A stretch of 64,000 nt of DNA from Candidatus Woesearchaeota archaeon (GCA_047602905.1 JBLKOP010000005.1:1241-65240), one strand, 5' to 3'. Counted from the first letter of the stretch, positions 1-8,950 are shown. The notes: generated by a model from the letters alone, not told the origin. A program made the numbers and translations.

Positions 1-1121
1 TTACTAATATGCATTCTATGTTTTCTGGTGCTTCTTCTTTTGATCAGGATATTTCTTCTTGGAATACTAGTAAAGTGACTCGCATGGACAATATGTTTAA
101 TAATGCAGGTAGTTTTAATCAGAATATTTCTTCCTGGGACGTTTCTTCTGTTGAGAATATGTATCGGATGTTTCGTTCTGCTTCTTCTTTTGATCAGGAT
201 TTGGGTTCTTGGAATATTTCCTCTGTAACTGATGGTTCTAATAATGGTTTGCGTGACATGTTTTTGTCTCATTCTCTTTCTTTGTCTAATTATGATTCTT
301 TATTGTCTGGTTGGTCTGGTCTTGATACGTTGCAGTCGGATATGATTTTTCATGGAGGGACTAGTCAGTACTCGTTAGCTGGTGTTGCGGGTCGTGAGAC
401 GCTTACTGATACGTACAGCTGGACAATAACTGATGGTGGTTTGTTTATTGAAGCACCAACACTTCTTCTCCCAGCGAATAATAACAACTCTGTTCAGGAG
501 CGTCGTCCGGAGTTTAGTTGGAGTGTTCCTGAGTTTACTAGTGGCGCGTATAATGAACTCAACATATCAGCTCATGAAGACTGTGCTTTCTTACCGGTAA
601 TTAACGCTTCTTCTGCTACTTCTTTTGTTCCTGATTCTGATTTGTGTGTTGACCGCGTGTATGAGTGGTCTGTTCGTACGTGTTATGGAAGTACGTGTAG
701 TGATTGGTCTGCTCCTTTTACGTTTACTATTTCTAGTAGTGTTGGTATCGCGTTTGTTGTTTCTGAGACGGATTTTGGTGAGTTAGGTGTTTCTTTTGTT
801 GGTGAAGAAGTTGTTCGTGACACGCTCTCTAACGACCCTGCTCCTTTGCGCGTAAACAACACGGGTAATGTTGTTATTAATGTGAGTGTTGAGGCTCTTT
901 CTGATTTGTGGTCGTTACAACCGCTAAACACGCAGTATTTCCAGTTTGCTGATGAGAATAGTTCTTCCTGGACTGATTTCACAAGCGAGTATCAACCCTT
1001 CATAAACGACCTTGGTGTTGGTTCTTTGCGCGAGTTAGAACTCCGCATAGAGGTTCCTGTTGGTGAGCCGCCAGGAAGTAAGTCAACAACTGTTCGTGCT
1101 TTAGCGGTGAGTGCTGAGTAA
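1..1121 (+). CDS. DUF285/BspA-like repeat surface protein, 5' end outside window
   Basis: Three consecutive ~25-aa repeats of the form MF..A.SF(D/N)Q(D/N)IS.W(N/D).S.V..M, the PF03382/DUF285 signature. The frame is open back to base 3 and begins mid-repeat. The C-terminal half is Ser/Val-rich beta-type sequence. Confidence 0.7.
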   Translation, partial: TNMHSMFSGASSFDQDISSWNTSKVTRMDNMFNNAGSFNQNISSWDVSSVENMYRMFRSASSFDQDLGSWNISSVTDGSNNGLRDMFLSHSLSLSNYDSLLSGWSGLDTLQSDMIFHGGTSQYSLAGVAGRETLTDTYSWTITDGGLFIEAPTLLLPANNNNSVQERRPEFSWSVPEFTSGAYNELNISAHEDCAFLPVINASSATSFVPDSDLCVDRVYEWSVRTCYGSTCSDWSAPFTFTISSSVGIAFVVSETDFGELGVSFVGEEVVRDTLSNDPAPLRVNNTGNVVINVSVEALSDLWSLQPLNTQYFQFADENSSSWTDFTSEYQPFINDLGVGSLRELELRIEVPVGEPPGSKSTTVRALAVSAE

Positions 1122-1125
1122 TTTT

Positions 1126-1135
1126 CACTGGACAT
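1126..1135 (+). promoter_or_regulatory. CACTGGACAT box (mini-ORB-like), copy 1, upstream of the helicase gene
   Basis: Exact 10-mer shared with 4684-4693 and 49623-49632. It is followed 13 nt later by the A/T box TTTTTAAAG (1148-1156), which ends 25 nt before the ATG at 1181. Confidence 0.55.
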
Positions 1136-1180
1136 CTTACCGACGCGTTTTTAAAGTGGCTTTTTTCTATTAGTACTTGT

Positions 1181-3157
1181 ATGGATGACTTATCGTATGT
1201 GCACGTGTTAGAGGCGGTTAATGACTTGCCGTTTTCTGTGGGAAAAAACACTCTTATTGATGTTCTTGTTGGTTCAACAAACAAAAAAATGGTTTCTAAT
1301 GACGCGTACCTAGAGTGTGTTGCGTATAATAGTTTGTTTGGTGTTGATAAGGCTCGTATTGATTCCTTGATTCGTGAGCTCATAAGGGCGGGTTGTTTGC
1401 AGTACGTAAGTAGTATGCAAAACCCTCGTTGGAAGACTCTTTCTCTTACTAGCAAGGGAGTTTCTGAGCTTGCTAACCCTTCTCTTATTACTTCTTCTCC
1501 TGTAAGCACTCATTCTAGTTCTTCACCTACTAAGCACGAGTTGTTGCTTATGCAGGAGCACGAGGAGTTCTTGTCCTCATTTACTCAGCAGCAACGCCAC
1601 GCAATTGTTTCTTGTGGTAAGCGCGTGTTGTGCGTTGCTGGTGCTGGGAGTGGCAAAACTACTGTTCTTACGAATCGTATTCGTTTCTTAACACAAAAGC
1701 GCGGCGTTCTTGCTAAAAACGTGCTTGCTATCACGTTTACTCGTAAAGCTCGTGAAGAGATGCAAACGCGCCTTGGTGGCGTTCACGCACAAATTGTTAC
1801 GTTTAACGGTTTTTGTGAGCGGGTTTTACGCGCTCATGGCCTGAATAAACCTCTTGTTTCCTACGGCCAGAAGATTATGTTGTTTCGGGAGGCTTGTAAG
1901 CGTAAGGGTTTAGAAATCCTTGCTCTTATTCATGAGTACTACACTTCTTCTCAGCGTAATGGGAAAAGCTCTGATGAGCTTGCTAGGCGTTTGATGAGTG
2001 ATGTATTTAGTATTCTTGATCACTACGCTAACGAGGATGAAACGGTTGCTTCTTCTGGTCGTAGCGTTCTTGCAAGTACGTTGCTTGCTTTAGCTAAAGA
2101 AATTATTGTTTTAATGGATGAGCGTGGAGTAATGGATTATTCTGGTCAGGTACAGGCTGTTCTTGCGTTGTTTCGGTCTCGTCCCGAGGTCGTTCCTTCT
2201 TTTGATCACGTCCTTGTTGATGAGTATCAGGACGTAAACGTCTCTCAGGTTCGCTTGTTAGAGTTGCTTGCTCCTAGTAATTTGTTTGTTGTGGGGGATC
2301 CTCGTCAAAGCATTTTTGGTTGGCGAGGTAGTCATGTTGAGTTCATTAATGATTTCGAGGGTGATTGTGTTGTTCAGTTAACAAAGAATTTTCGTAGCTG
2401 TAAAGAAGTGGTTTCTGTTATGAACAAGTGTATTTCTTCTATGAAGCTTCCTCCTCTTAAGCCTGGTTTGTCGCTTTCTGGTGCTGTTCAGGTGATGAGT
2501 TACTCAAGTGATTCTGAGGAGTTGCGGGGCGTTGCTGGTTTGCTTAAGCATGTTAATGGTTCCTCGGTGTTTGTTCTTGCTCGAACAAACAAGCAGCTTG
2601 AGGAGTTATCGGTGGTTTTAGATAGAGAGGGTGTTTCGTATAGTATTCGTCAAGAAACTTCTTCTGAGGATGTTTCTAGTGGTATTGTTCTCTCTACCGT
2701 TCATGCGATTAAGGGTTTAGAAGCGGAGACGGTTGTTGTTATTGGTTGTACTTCTCGGTATTTTCCTTGTCGCGTTTCTGATCACCCGGTTGTTGAGTTA
2801 ATTACTGGTGTTTCTTTGCGTGAGGAGGAGGAGCTTCGTTTGTTGTATGTTGCTTTGTCTCGTGCACAAAAATCTCTTATCGTCACGTATAGTGGTTCGT
2901 TAACGTATTTGCTTGACGGAGTGTTTTCTTCTTCTGCTTCTCGTGATGACGAGGCGTATGCTTCTCTTAAGAAGTGGCGTAGTGAAGTTGCTGCTCAGAA
3001 GTCTCTTCCTGCGTATTGCGTGTTCTCTGATAAGACGCTTCGTGAACTCGCTACTCGTAAACCTTCTTCTCTTGCTGAGCTTGAAGCAATTCATGGTATT
3101 GGCCCTAGTAAGCGTGTTGAGTTTGGAGAAGCGGTTTTAGAAGTGCTTGGTTCTTAG
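1181..3157 (+). CDS. UvrD/PcrA-family SF1 helicase with N-terminal winged-helix-like module and C-terminal HRDC domain
   Basis: Walker A AGAGSGKTT, motif II LVDEYQDVN, motif III VVGDPRQSIFGWRG, motif V STVHAIKGLEAETV, motif VI LLYVALSRAQKSL. The C-terminal 65 aa (LKKWRSEVAAQKSLPAYCVFSDKTLRELATRKPSSLAELEAIHGIGPSKRVEFG) matches the RecQ HRDC pattern. Confidence 0.85.
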   Translation: MDDLSYVHVLEAVNDLPFSVGKNTLIDVLVGSTNKKMVSNDAYLECVAYNSLFGVDKARIDSLIRELIRAGCLQYVSSMQNPRWKTLSLTSKGVSELANPSLITSSPVSTHSSSSPTKHELLLMQEHEEFLSSFTQQQRHAIVSCGKRVLCVAGAGSGKTTVLTNRIRFLTQKRGVLAKNVLAITFTRKAREEMQTRLGGVHAQIVTFNGFCERVLRAHGLNKPLVSYGQKIMLFREACKRKGLEILALIHEYYTSSQRNGKSSDELARRLMSDVFSILDHYANEDETVASSGRSVLASTLLALAKEIIVLMDERGVMDYSGQVQAVLALFRSRPEVVPSFDHVLVDEYQDVNVSQVRLLELLAPSNLFVVGDPRQSIFGWRGSHVEFINDFEGDCVVQLTKNFRSCKEVVSVMNKCISSMKLPPLKPGLSLSGAVQVMSYSSDSEELRGVAGLLKHVNGSSVFVLARTNKQLEELSVVLDREGVSYSIRQETSSEDVSSGIVLSTVHAIKGLEAETVVVIGCTSRYFPCRVSDHPVVELITGVSLREEEELRLLYVALSRAQKSLIVTYSGSLTYLLDGVFSSSASRDDEAYASLKKWRSEVAAQKSLPAYCVFSDKTLRELATRKPSSLAELEAIHGIGPSKRVEFGEAVLEVLGS

Positions 3158-3573
3158 AGGTCTTTTTCGTTGAAGATGTACATCACGTTTTCTGGGTTGT
3201 CGGCTGCTTCGTGAAGAACGATGTTTCCTGTGTTTTCGTTAAAGAAAAAATATGCTTTTTCGTATGGTATTTTCTTGTCTTCTATGAGTTGTTTGTATGC
3301 TCCGTTCATGAAACTTTTTGTTATTCCTATTGGCTCTCCTGTTTCTTCTATCATTGCAACGACTGTGTCTATTCCTTGCGCATTTAGTTGTTGGTATAAG
3401 TCTATGGTTGTTCCTCCTAGTGCATATACTGGGCTGAGAGGGTTTATTGGTTTTACTAAGAACGTTTCTTCTCCTACGTTAAATGTTTTTTCTTTTGGTG
3501 TTGCTTTAGTTATTGCTTCGTCAATAACTCCTGTTTCTGCGGGTATCATGAGTTGTTGGTATGATAGCATCAT
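3154..3573 (-). CDS. hypothetical protein (139 aa)
   Basis: Clean ORF filling the gap, converging on the helicase stop with a 4-nt overlap. No motif recognised. Confidence 0.45.
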   Translation of the reverse strand: MMLSYQQLMIPAETGVIDEAITKATPKEKTFNVGEETFLVKPINPLSPVYALGGTTIDLYQQLNAQGIDTVVAMIEETGEPIGITKSFMNGAYKQLIEDKKIPYEKAYFFFNENTGNIVLHEAADNPENVMYIFNEKDL

Positions 3574-3611
3574 ATAATGTGGAGTTTATAAAGATTATTA
3601 TTCTGTACTGG

Positions 3612-4028
3612 CTACGTTTTTTTGTTTTGTAACGAAGAAAAAAACGCTTCTAGACTTTTTGATTTGCTTGCTTGTATTGTGTTGATTTCTTCTTTATGAA
3701 CCCACAGGTGCTTAGTGATGTTTTCGTTTTCTTCTATTTGTGAGGTAGTTATTTCTTTGTTTGTGGTTGTGCAAAGAAAGGTGTTACAGATAACTTGCTG
3801 GTTGTTTTTGTCAGAAAACCACCAGATTCCTACGTGCTCTTTGATGTCTATACTCAGTCCTGTCTCTTCTTTTACCTCTCTAATAAGTGCTTCTTGCGGA
3901 CTCTCTCCTGAACGAATTTTTCCTCCAGGAAGACTAATGTATGTTATTCCGTCATATTCTTGTAACAGAACAAGAAACTTGTCTTTGTACTTAATAAGCG
4001 CCTTTGCTGCTGCTAGTGATGGCTTCAT
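3612..4028 (-). CDS. NUDIX hydrolase
   Basis: Nudix box GGKIRSGESPQEALIREVKEETGL (GX5EX7REUXEEXGU). Confidence 0.85.
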   Translation of the reverse strand: MKPSLAAAKALIKYKDKFLVLLQEYDGITYISLPGGKIRSGESPQEALIREVKEETGLSIDIKEHVGIWWFSDKNNQQVICNTFLCTTTNKEITTSQIEENENITKHLWVHKEEINTIQASKSKSLEAFFSSLQNKKT

Positions 4029-4701
4029 AAAACTCTTTTCTCCTCAAGAAACTTTTTGATATGTCCATACATTTTCTGATAGCCTTCTTTGTTTGGGTGT
4101 AGCCCGTCTGCTAGCAGTGAAGAAAACTCTTCTTCTTTAGCTGCGCAAATAAATCAAGAAAACTTGTTTGCTCTTGTACACTTATTTCTTTAAGTACTTC
4201 GTTGTATTCTTGTATTCGCTGGTTACTAAACCACGTGCCCTCATATGGGTTGGTGAGTTTTTCATCAACAGGGGTTAGTCCAAGTACGACTATTTGTTCT
4301 GCATACTTTTTTGCTATACGTATAATTTCTTGAATGTTTTTTCTAAATGTTTCTGGTCTTGTCTGAGGAATGTTTTTGCTTCCAAGAAGCTTTGCATCAT
4401 TGATACCGATAGTGATGATAATCGTGTATGTGTCTTCTTCTCGTAGTACTTTTGTTCGTGCTTGTGCTTCTATTTCTATTCTCTTAAGAAGTCCTGTGCT
4501 TGTCTCCCCAGGTATTGCCAAGGTGTAGACTGCGTTATACTCGTCAAGGCTCTCAAAATACTCTCTAAGACGTCCACTCCAGCCTCTTTGCGAGTTGTTT
4601 CCTCTCCCAAAGGCTATGCTGTCTCCGAAAACAAGAATTCCTTGCATATAGTGTGTATTTGTGGCTTTCTTTTTAATGATTCTCACTGGACATTTAGGCA
4701 A
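4025..4701 (-). pseudogene. SGNH/GDSL hydrolase interrupted by a -1 frameshift (or assembly indel)
   Basis: Block I ILVFGDSIAFG lies in the tracked ORF 4111-4701. The catalytic block V DGLHPNKEGYQKM is encoded just downstream in the -1 frame (4106-4068), and that frame ends at a TGA (4027-4025) overlapping the NUDIX ATG as ATGA. The likely true start is the ATG at 4647 (MQGILVFGDS). Confidence 0.75.
4684..4693 (+). promoter_or_regulatory. CACTGGACAT box (mini-ORB-like), copy 2, between divergent GDSL and orc1 promoters
   Basis: Exact 10-mer. TTATAAAA (4705-4712) follows and ends 25 nt before the orc1 ATG at 4737. On the other strand CATTAAAAAG lies between the box and the GDSL ATG at 4647. 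Confidence 0.55.
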
Positions 4702-4736
4702 TCATTATAAAAACAGGTTTTGTGCTTAGTGGTATT

Positions 4737-5804
4737 ATGTCGTTATTCAAAGACGTACTGGATAAGAGTAAGAGCTTGTTTGTTGATGAGCACGCACTTA
4801 ATTACGAGTTCTTACCTGGCGTTCTTCCTCACCGAGAAAGTGAGCAAGGTCATTTGGCTACGTGTATTAAGCCGTTGTTCATGGATCGTGCCGGGCGTAA
4901 CTTGCTTATTCATGGTCCTCCTGGTGTGGGAAAAACGGCTGCTTGTCGTTATGTGTTGCGTGATTTGGAGGAGAATACTGATCGTATCCAAACGATTTTT
5001 GTGAGTTGCTGGAAGCATAACACGACCTTTAAGGTTCTTGCTGAGGTGTGTAACCAGATTGGTTACGCGTTTACGCATAACAAGAAAACTGATGAGCTAA
5101 TGCGTATTATCACTCATAACCTCAATAAGTCACGTACAGTGTTTGTTTTTGATGAGGTAGATAAGGCTGAGGACACGGATTTCTTGTATTTCTTACTTGA
5201 AGAAATTGATCGCAAAGTAGTTTTTGCTATTACGAATTTTAAGGAGTGGCTTATTGATTTAGATGAGCGTGTGAAGAGTCGCTTGACTGCTGAGCTTCTT
5301 GAGTTTAAGGCGTACTCACAAGCAGAAGTTACTGATATTCTGAGAAAACGCTTAGCGTACGCGTTTCGTGACGGCGTTTGGAGTGATGAGCCTCTTGGCT
5401 TAGTGGCTTCTCGTACTGTAGAAGCGGGTGATGTGCGTGTTGGTTTGTACTTGCTTAAAGAGGCTGGTATGCTTGCTGAAGAGAAGTTTAAGGACGCAGT
5501 ACTTGTTGAGCACGTAGAGGCTGCTATTAAGAAGCTTGACGAATTCACTATTAAGAATACGAAGGACTTGGATGCTGATGCTCAGCTTGTTCTTTCGTTG
5601 TGTCGTAAGCACGCGGGTAAAAAAATTGGAGAAATTTTTGAGCTCTACGAGTCCAGTGGCGGTAAGGGTGTGTATAAGACGTTTCAAAGAAAGGTTCGGT
5701 ACTTAGCTGAGAATAAGTTCATTACTCAAGAGCGAGTAACTGGTGGAAGTTCTGGCTCGACTACGATTATTCATCCTGCTAATAAGAGCTTAACGGAGTT
5801 TTAG
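4737..5804 (+). CDS. orc1: Orc1/Cdc6 replication initiator (AAA+ plus winged helix)
   Basis: Walker A HGPPGVGKTA, Walker B VFVFDEVD, typical Orc1/Cdc6 N-terminal LNYEFLP..LPHRESE and a C-terminal winged-helix region. The tracked ORF starts at GTG 4722. ATG 4737 is preferred from the TATA spacing. Confidence 0.9.
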   Translation: MSLFKDVLDKSKSLFVDEHALNYEFLPGVLPHRESEQGHLATCIKPLFMDRAGRNLLIHGPPGVGKTAACRYVLRDLEENTDRIQTIFVSCWKHNTTFKVLAEVCNQIGYAFTHNKKTDELMRIITHNLNKSRTVFVFDEVDKAEDTDFLYFLLEEIDRKVVFAITNFKEWLIDLDERVKSRLTAELLEFKAYSQAEVTDILRKRLAYAFRDGVWSDEPLGLVASRTVEAGDVRVGLYLLKEAGMLAEEKFKDAVLVEHVEAAIKKLDEFTIKNTKDLDADAQLVLSLCRKHAGKKIGEIFELYESSGGKGVYKTFQRKVRYLAENKFITQERVTGGSSGSTTIIHPANKSLTEF

Positions 5805-7189
5805 TGGTTCGTCTTCTTCGAGCTTCCGATGTTGCTTTGTGCGTGAAGAGTCCTTTTCTTTTGTGGGCTGATGCGTTTGTTGGTGAGGAGCATAAGGATT
5901 CCTTAACTGTTTTTCAAGAGGCGTTGTTTGAGAAAGGTCGCGTTCATGAAGAAGAAGTTCTTACGCAAAACTATCCTGGTGCTCAAGAGGTTGCTTACGC
6001 TTCTGTTGAGGATGCTTTCTTGCAGACAAAGCAGTTCATGCAAGAGGGTGTTGACGTGCTCTCTCAAGGAGTTCTTCTTTCTGAAGAGTTGGGTTTTGAG
6101 GGCCGTCCGGACGTTCTTGAGAGAGTTCCTGGAGAGTCTGTGTTTGGGGAGTATTATTATGTTGTTAAGGAGATTAAGTACGCAAAGAACCTTAAGCAGC
6201 ACCATATCCTGCAAGCAGCGTTTTATAACAGATTATTAGGTGTTATTCAGGGCGTTACTCCTAAAGAATTCTTCTTAGTTAATAACGAGCATGAAGAGTT
6301 TTCTTTTCTTTACGCGGACTATGAGGCTTTGCTTGATGAGATGGTTGTTCTTGCAAGAAGTGTTCTTTGTGAAGACTTCGTTCCTCTTCCTGTTTTTGGC
6401 GAGGATTGGCCGTGGACTTCTTACTCGCAAGAACTTGCAAGAGAAAACAATGATTTATCGTTGCTGTATCGCTTAGGGCGAACGGTTCGTGACGCGCTAA
6501 ACAAGCAAGGTATATTTACTCTTCAAGACTTTGTTGCTGCTGATAAACAAACTGTTCTTAGCATAAAAGGAGTTGGTGCTTCCTCATACAAGAAGTGGTT
6601 ACTGCAAGCACAAGCATACCTAGAAGACCGAGTAGTTGTTGCAAAAAAACCTACTCTTCCTGCTTCTGAGAACGTGTTCTTTTTTGATATCGAGGGTGAT
6701 ACGGAGATTGGTGTTGATTACTTATACGGGCTTCTTGGTGAAGAGGGTTTTGTGTATTTTTTCGCAGACACTCCTGAAGATGAGGAGGCTATGTGGAGGA
6801 GTTTTTGTTTGTTTATGAGTAATCAACCTGAAGACGTTGTTTTGTATCATTACACGAGTTATGAAAAAACGAGTGTTAAGCGTTTATACAAGAAATACGG
6901 TTGTGATGAGGGTGTGTACAAAAAAGTTGTTTCTTCTCTTACTGACGTATTTCCTATCGTTACTTCTTGCGTGTTTCTTCCTATTCCTGCGTACAGTATT
7001 AAGCCGTTAGCGAATTACTTAGGGTTTTCTTGGCGCGCAAGTGATGCTGGTGGAGCAAATAGTATTCAGTGGTATCAACAATACTTGTTAGGGGATTCTT
7101 CTATGAAGAACAAGATTTTGTTGTATAACGAGGATGACGTACAAGCAACAAAAGTAGTTACTCACTGGTTACAAACACTTAAAAGGTAG
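5804..7189 (+). CDS. TM0106-type putative nuclease: N-terminal RecB/Cas4-like PD-(D/E)XK domain plus C-terminal RNase-H-fold (YprB-like) exonuclease domain
   Basis: GRPDVLE...YVVKEIKY (D...ExK) and QAAFYNRLL (QxxxY), followed by FFFDIEGD, YHYTSYEK and YNEDDVQAT exonuclease-type acidic motifs. The GTG start overlaps the orc1 TAG by 1 nt. Confidence 0.7.
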   Translation: MVRLLRASDVALCVKSPFLLWADAFVGEEHKDSLTVFQEALFEKGRVHEEEVLTQNYPGAQEVAYASVEDAFLQTKQFMQEGVDVLSQGVLLSEELGFEGRPDVLERVPGESVFGEYYYVVKEIKYAKNLKQHHILQAAFYNRLLGVIQGVTPKEFFLVNNEHEEFSFLYADYEALLDEMVVLARSVLCEDFVPLPVFGEDWPWTSYSQELARENNDLSLLYRLGRTVRDALNKQGIFTLQDFVAADKQTVLSIKGVGASSYKKWLLQAQAYLEDRVVVAKKPTLPASENVFFFDIEGDTEIGVDYLYGLLGEEGFVYFFADTPEDEEAMWRSFCLFMSNQPEDVVLYHYTSYEKTSVKRLYKKYGCDEGVYKKVVSSLTDVFPIVTSCVFLPIPAYSIKPLANYLGFSWRASDAGGANSIQWYQQYLLGDSSMKNKILLYNEDDVQATKVVTHWLQTLKR

Positions 7190-7208
7190 CTTTTTTTCTT
7201 GATTTTTT

Positions 7209-7610
7209 GTGGATAAACAATTAGAAGATTCTGTGGAAGAGTTCTTTAAAGAACATAAACGAGTCCAAGAAGAACTAACAGAATTTAGTTGGATAAAACA
7301 ACTCTTTCCTAAAGCAAGAAAACATTTACGAACCTACACATACAATGGTTTTGTAGATACGATTAGTGTCTATCGTGAATCTTCTGGTGTTATTGTAGAG
7401 TTTGAGCCTTCTCGCGATTCATTAGGTGTAATTTCTCGTTATCGTATAACGGCGAAAATCTCTCGCAAGGAACCAGATTTCTCTGTTGACATACGCTATC
7501 CTTTCATGCGTGGTGGATCACACAAGAAAGAAGGAGATTATGTTCGCGAAGTAGTGGATGCCTTATCTGGTCTTCAAGCATACGTACAGAAACAAAACGC
7601 GCAGAAGTAA
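7209..7610 (+). CDS. hypothetical protein (133 aa)
   Basis: ORF with GTG start directly after a T-tract. No recognised motif. Confidence 0.4.
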   Translation: MDKQLEDSVEEFFKEHKRVQEELTEFSWIKQLFPKARKHLRTYTYNGFVDTISVYRESSGVIVEFEPSRDSLGVISRYRITAKISRKEPDFSVDIRYPFMRGGSHKKEGDYVREVVDALSGLQAYVQKQNAQK

Positions 7611-7659
7611 CTACTTGTGAAGAATAATCTTTTTTAATAGGTTGCCTGTACCTAGTAGC

Positions 7660-8697
7660 ATGCACGAACAAAAAACTCCTTTGTACGATACGGGGTTGAT
7701 TTCTGTAATTGCTCCTGCACCTCTTACGGATAGGATTTCTGAGGAAGCACTTACTTTTGTTGATGAAGGAACAAACGAGCTTCTTTGCCAAGAAGTACAT
7801 CAGTACGTAGTGTTTCCTTATGCATCACCTGATAAACAGTTTTTTCTTGATCAAGATTACCAAAACGATTATTTTTTTGAGTGGGAACTGCTTGGGTTCT
7901 GGAATTATGCGCACACAAACCATGACTTGTTTCGAGAAATATCTCCTTTTACTTCACAAGATTTTCTTAACGGGACTTTGTATGTCGATGACGAATTTGA
8001 TATATTGTCCTTTATGGACAAGACGCCTTACACTCAGTATCTTGATTTACATGATTTAGACGAGGATCTTGATGAATATGAAGAGGAGCCTCTTAGAGAA
8101 CTAGACTATTGTTTATCTGCTCCAAGAAAGCTTCTTACAAAGAACTCTCTTGATAATTACTTATTATACGCACGGCAAGCAGGAGTTACTGTGTACTCTT
8201 TTCCAGAGAGTGTTCAGCCATACGCAGAACCTGTTGATGATATCCTTCTTTCCTATGAGCATGCTCTACGCGAGTCAGGTTTGGTTGTTTCTGTAAAAAA
8301 AACTCTTCAGTCAACTTCTGATGCGTGGGTTGATTTACAACAGTGGAGTCCTCATTGGATGTATCGTAAGTTAGTAAAGCAACAAATACGCCAAATAACT
8401 ACTTTGTACGCGGCTCATCATGACGATACTCGTTTCTTCTCAGACCTTCTTGGCGTATACCAAGAAGCGAAGATTCCTGGAGCTGAAATAAGTGATTTTG
8501 TTCAGTCAAGAGTTCCTGGTGATTTTGTTCATAAAAAAAAGTTTTTTGAGCGTTACAAAGAGGCTGTTCGCGCAGAGAATTTTGAGCAAGCAGGAGTTAT
8601 TAAACACACGTTAGAGCAAACACTTGTTCCGTTATTTGCTGAGATTCGAGAAAACCATCTTATGCATCTGTCACGTCGTAAACAAGATTTTGACTAA
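7660..8697 (+). CDS. hypothetical acidic protein with C-terminal UVR-like motif
   Basis: Long ORF. The tracked start is TTG 7642; ATG 7660 is more likely. Contains the acidic tract DLHDLDEDLDEYEEEPL, and the C-terminal ERYKEAVRAENFEQAGVIKHTLEQ resembles the UvrB/UvrC UVR helix pair. Confidence 0.5.
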   Translation: MHEQKTPLYDTGLISVIAPAPLTDRISEEALTFVDEGTNELLCQEVHQYVVFPYASPDKQFFLDQDYQNDYFFEWELLGFWNYAHTNHDLFREISPFTSQDFLNGTLYVDDEFDILSFMDKTPYTQYLDLHDLDEDLDEYEEEPLRELDYCLSAPRKLLTKNSLDNYLLYARQAGVTVYSFPESVQPYAEPVDDILLSYEHALRESGLVVSVKKTLQSTSDAWVDLQQWSPHWMYRKLVKQQIRQITTLYAAHHDDTRFFSDLLGVYQEAKIPGAEISDFVQSRVPGDFVHKKKFFERYKEAVRAENFEQAGVIKHTLEQTLVPLFAEIRENHLMHLSRRKQDFD

Positions 8698-8926
8698 ATA
8701 CTCGTTTTCTGTTTTGTGCTCCACAGTCCATGCAGACAAAGAACGCTCCCCATTTTCCTTCGTGTACTTCTAGGATGTTTCCGCACGCGCATAGCATCTC
8801 GTTCATCACTGCGTTTTTGTGGTCTGTGCACACGACGAATCCTTGCTCGTTCTTACTGTAGGCTTGTTTTTCACAAAACGGGCAGCGCTCTACTTTGCTT
8901 TCTCCGTATCGTTTCTTGCCGTACAT
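8660..8926 (-). CDS. small zinc-ribbon protein (topoisomerase-type C4 finger-like)
   Basis: CPFC..(x17)..C.DH and CACG..(x17)..CMDCG with an internal GKWGAFFVC, resembling zf-C4_Topoisom repeats. Overlaps the convergent upstream ORF by 38 nt. Confidence 0.55.
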   Translation of the reverse strand: MYGKKRYGESKVERCPFCEKQAYSKNEQGFVVCTDHKNAVMNEMLCACGNILEVHEGKWGAFFVCMDCGAQNRKRVFSQNLVYDVTDA

Positions 8927-8950
8927 ACTATTTGTGTTTTTGTGCTTGTT

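Noticed and set aside
4127-4138. Programmed -1 ribosomal frameshift in the GDSL hydrolase
   Set aside because: I see no canonical slippery heptamer (X XXY YYZ) and no downstream structure. An indel in the purine run, real or an assembly error, is the simpler explanation.
4648-4736. Replication origin immediately upstream of orc1
   Set aside because: The ~90-bp spacer holds only one ORB-like box. There is no flanking inverted ORB pair and no extended AT-rich unwinding element. The box geometry fits promoter regulation better, so an origin call is not supportable from this window.
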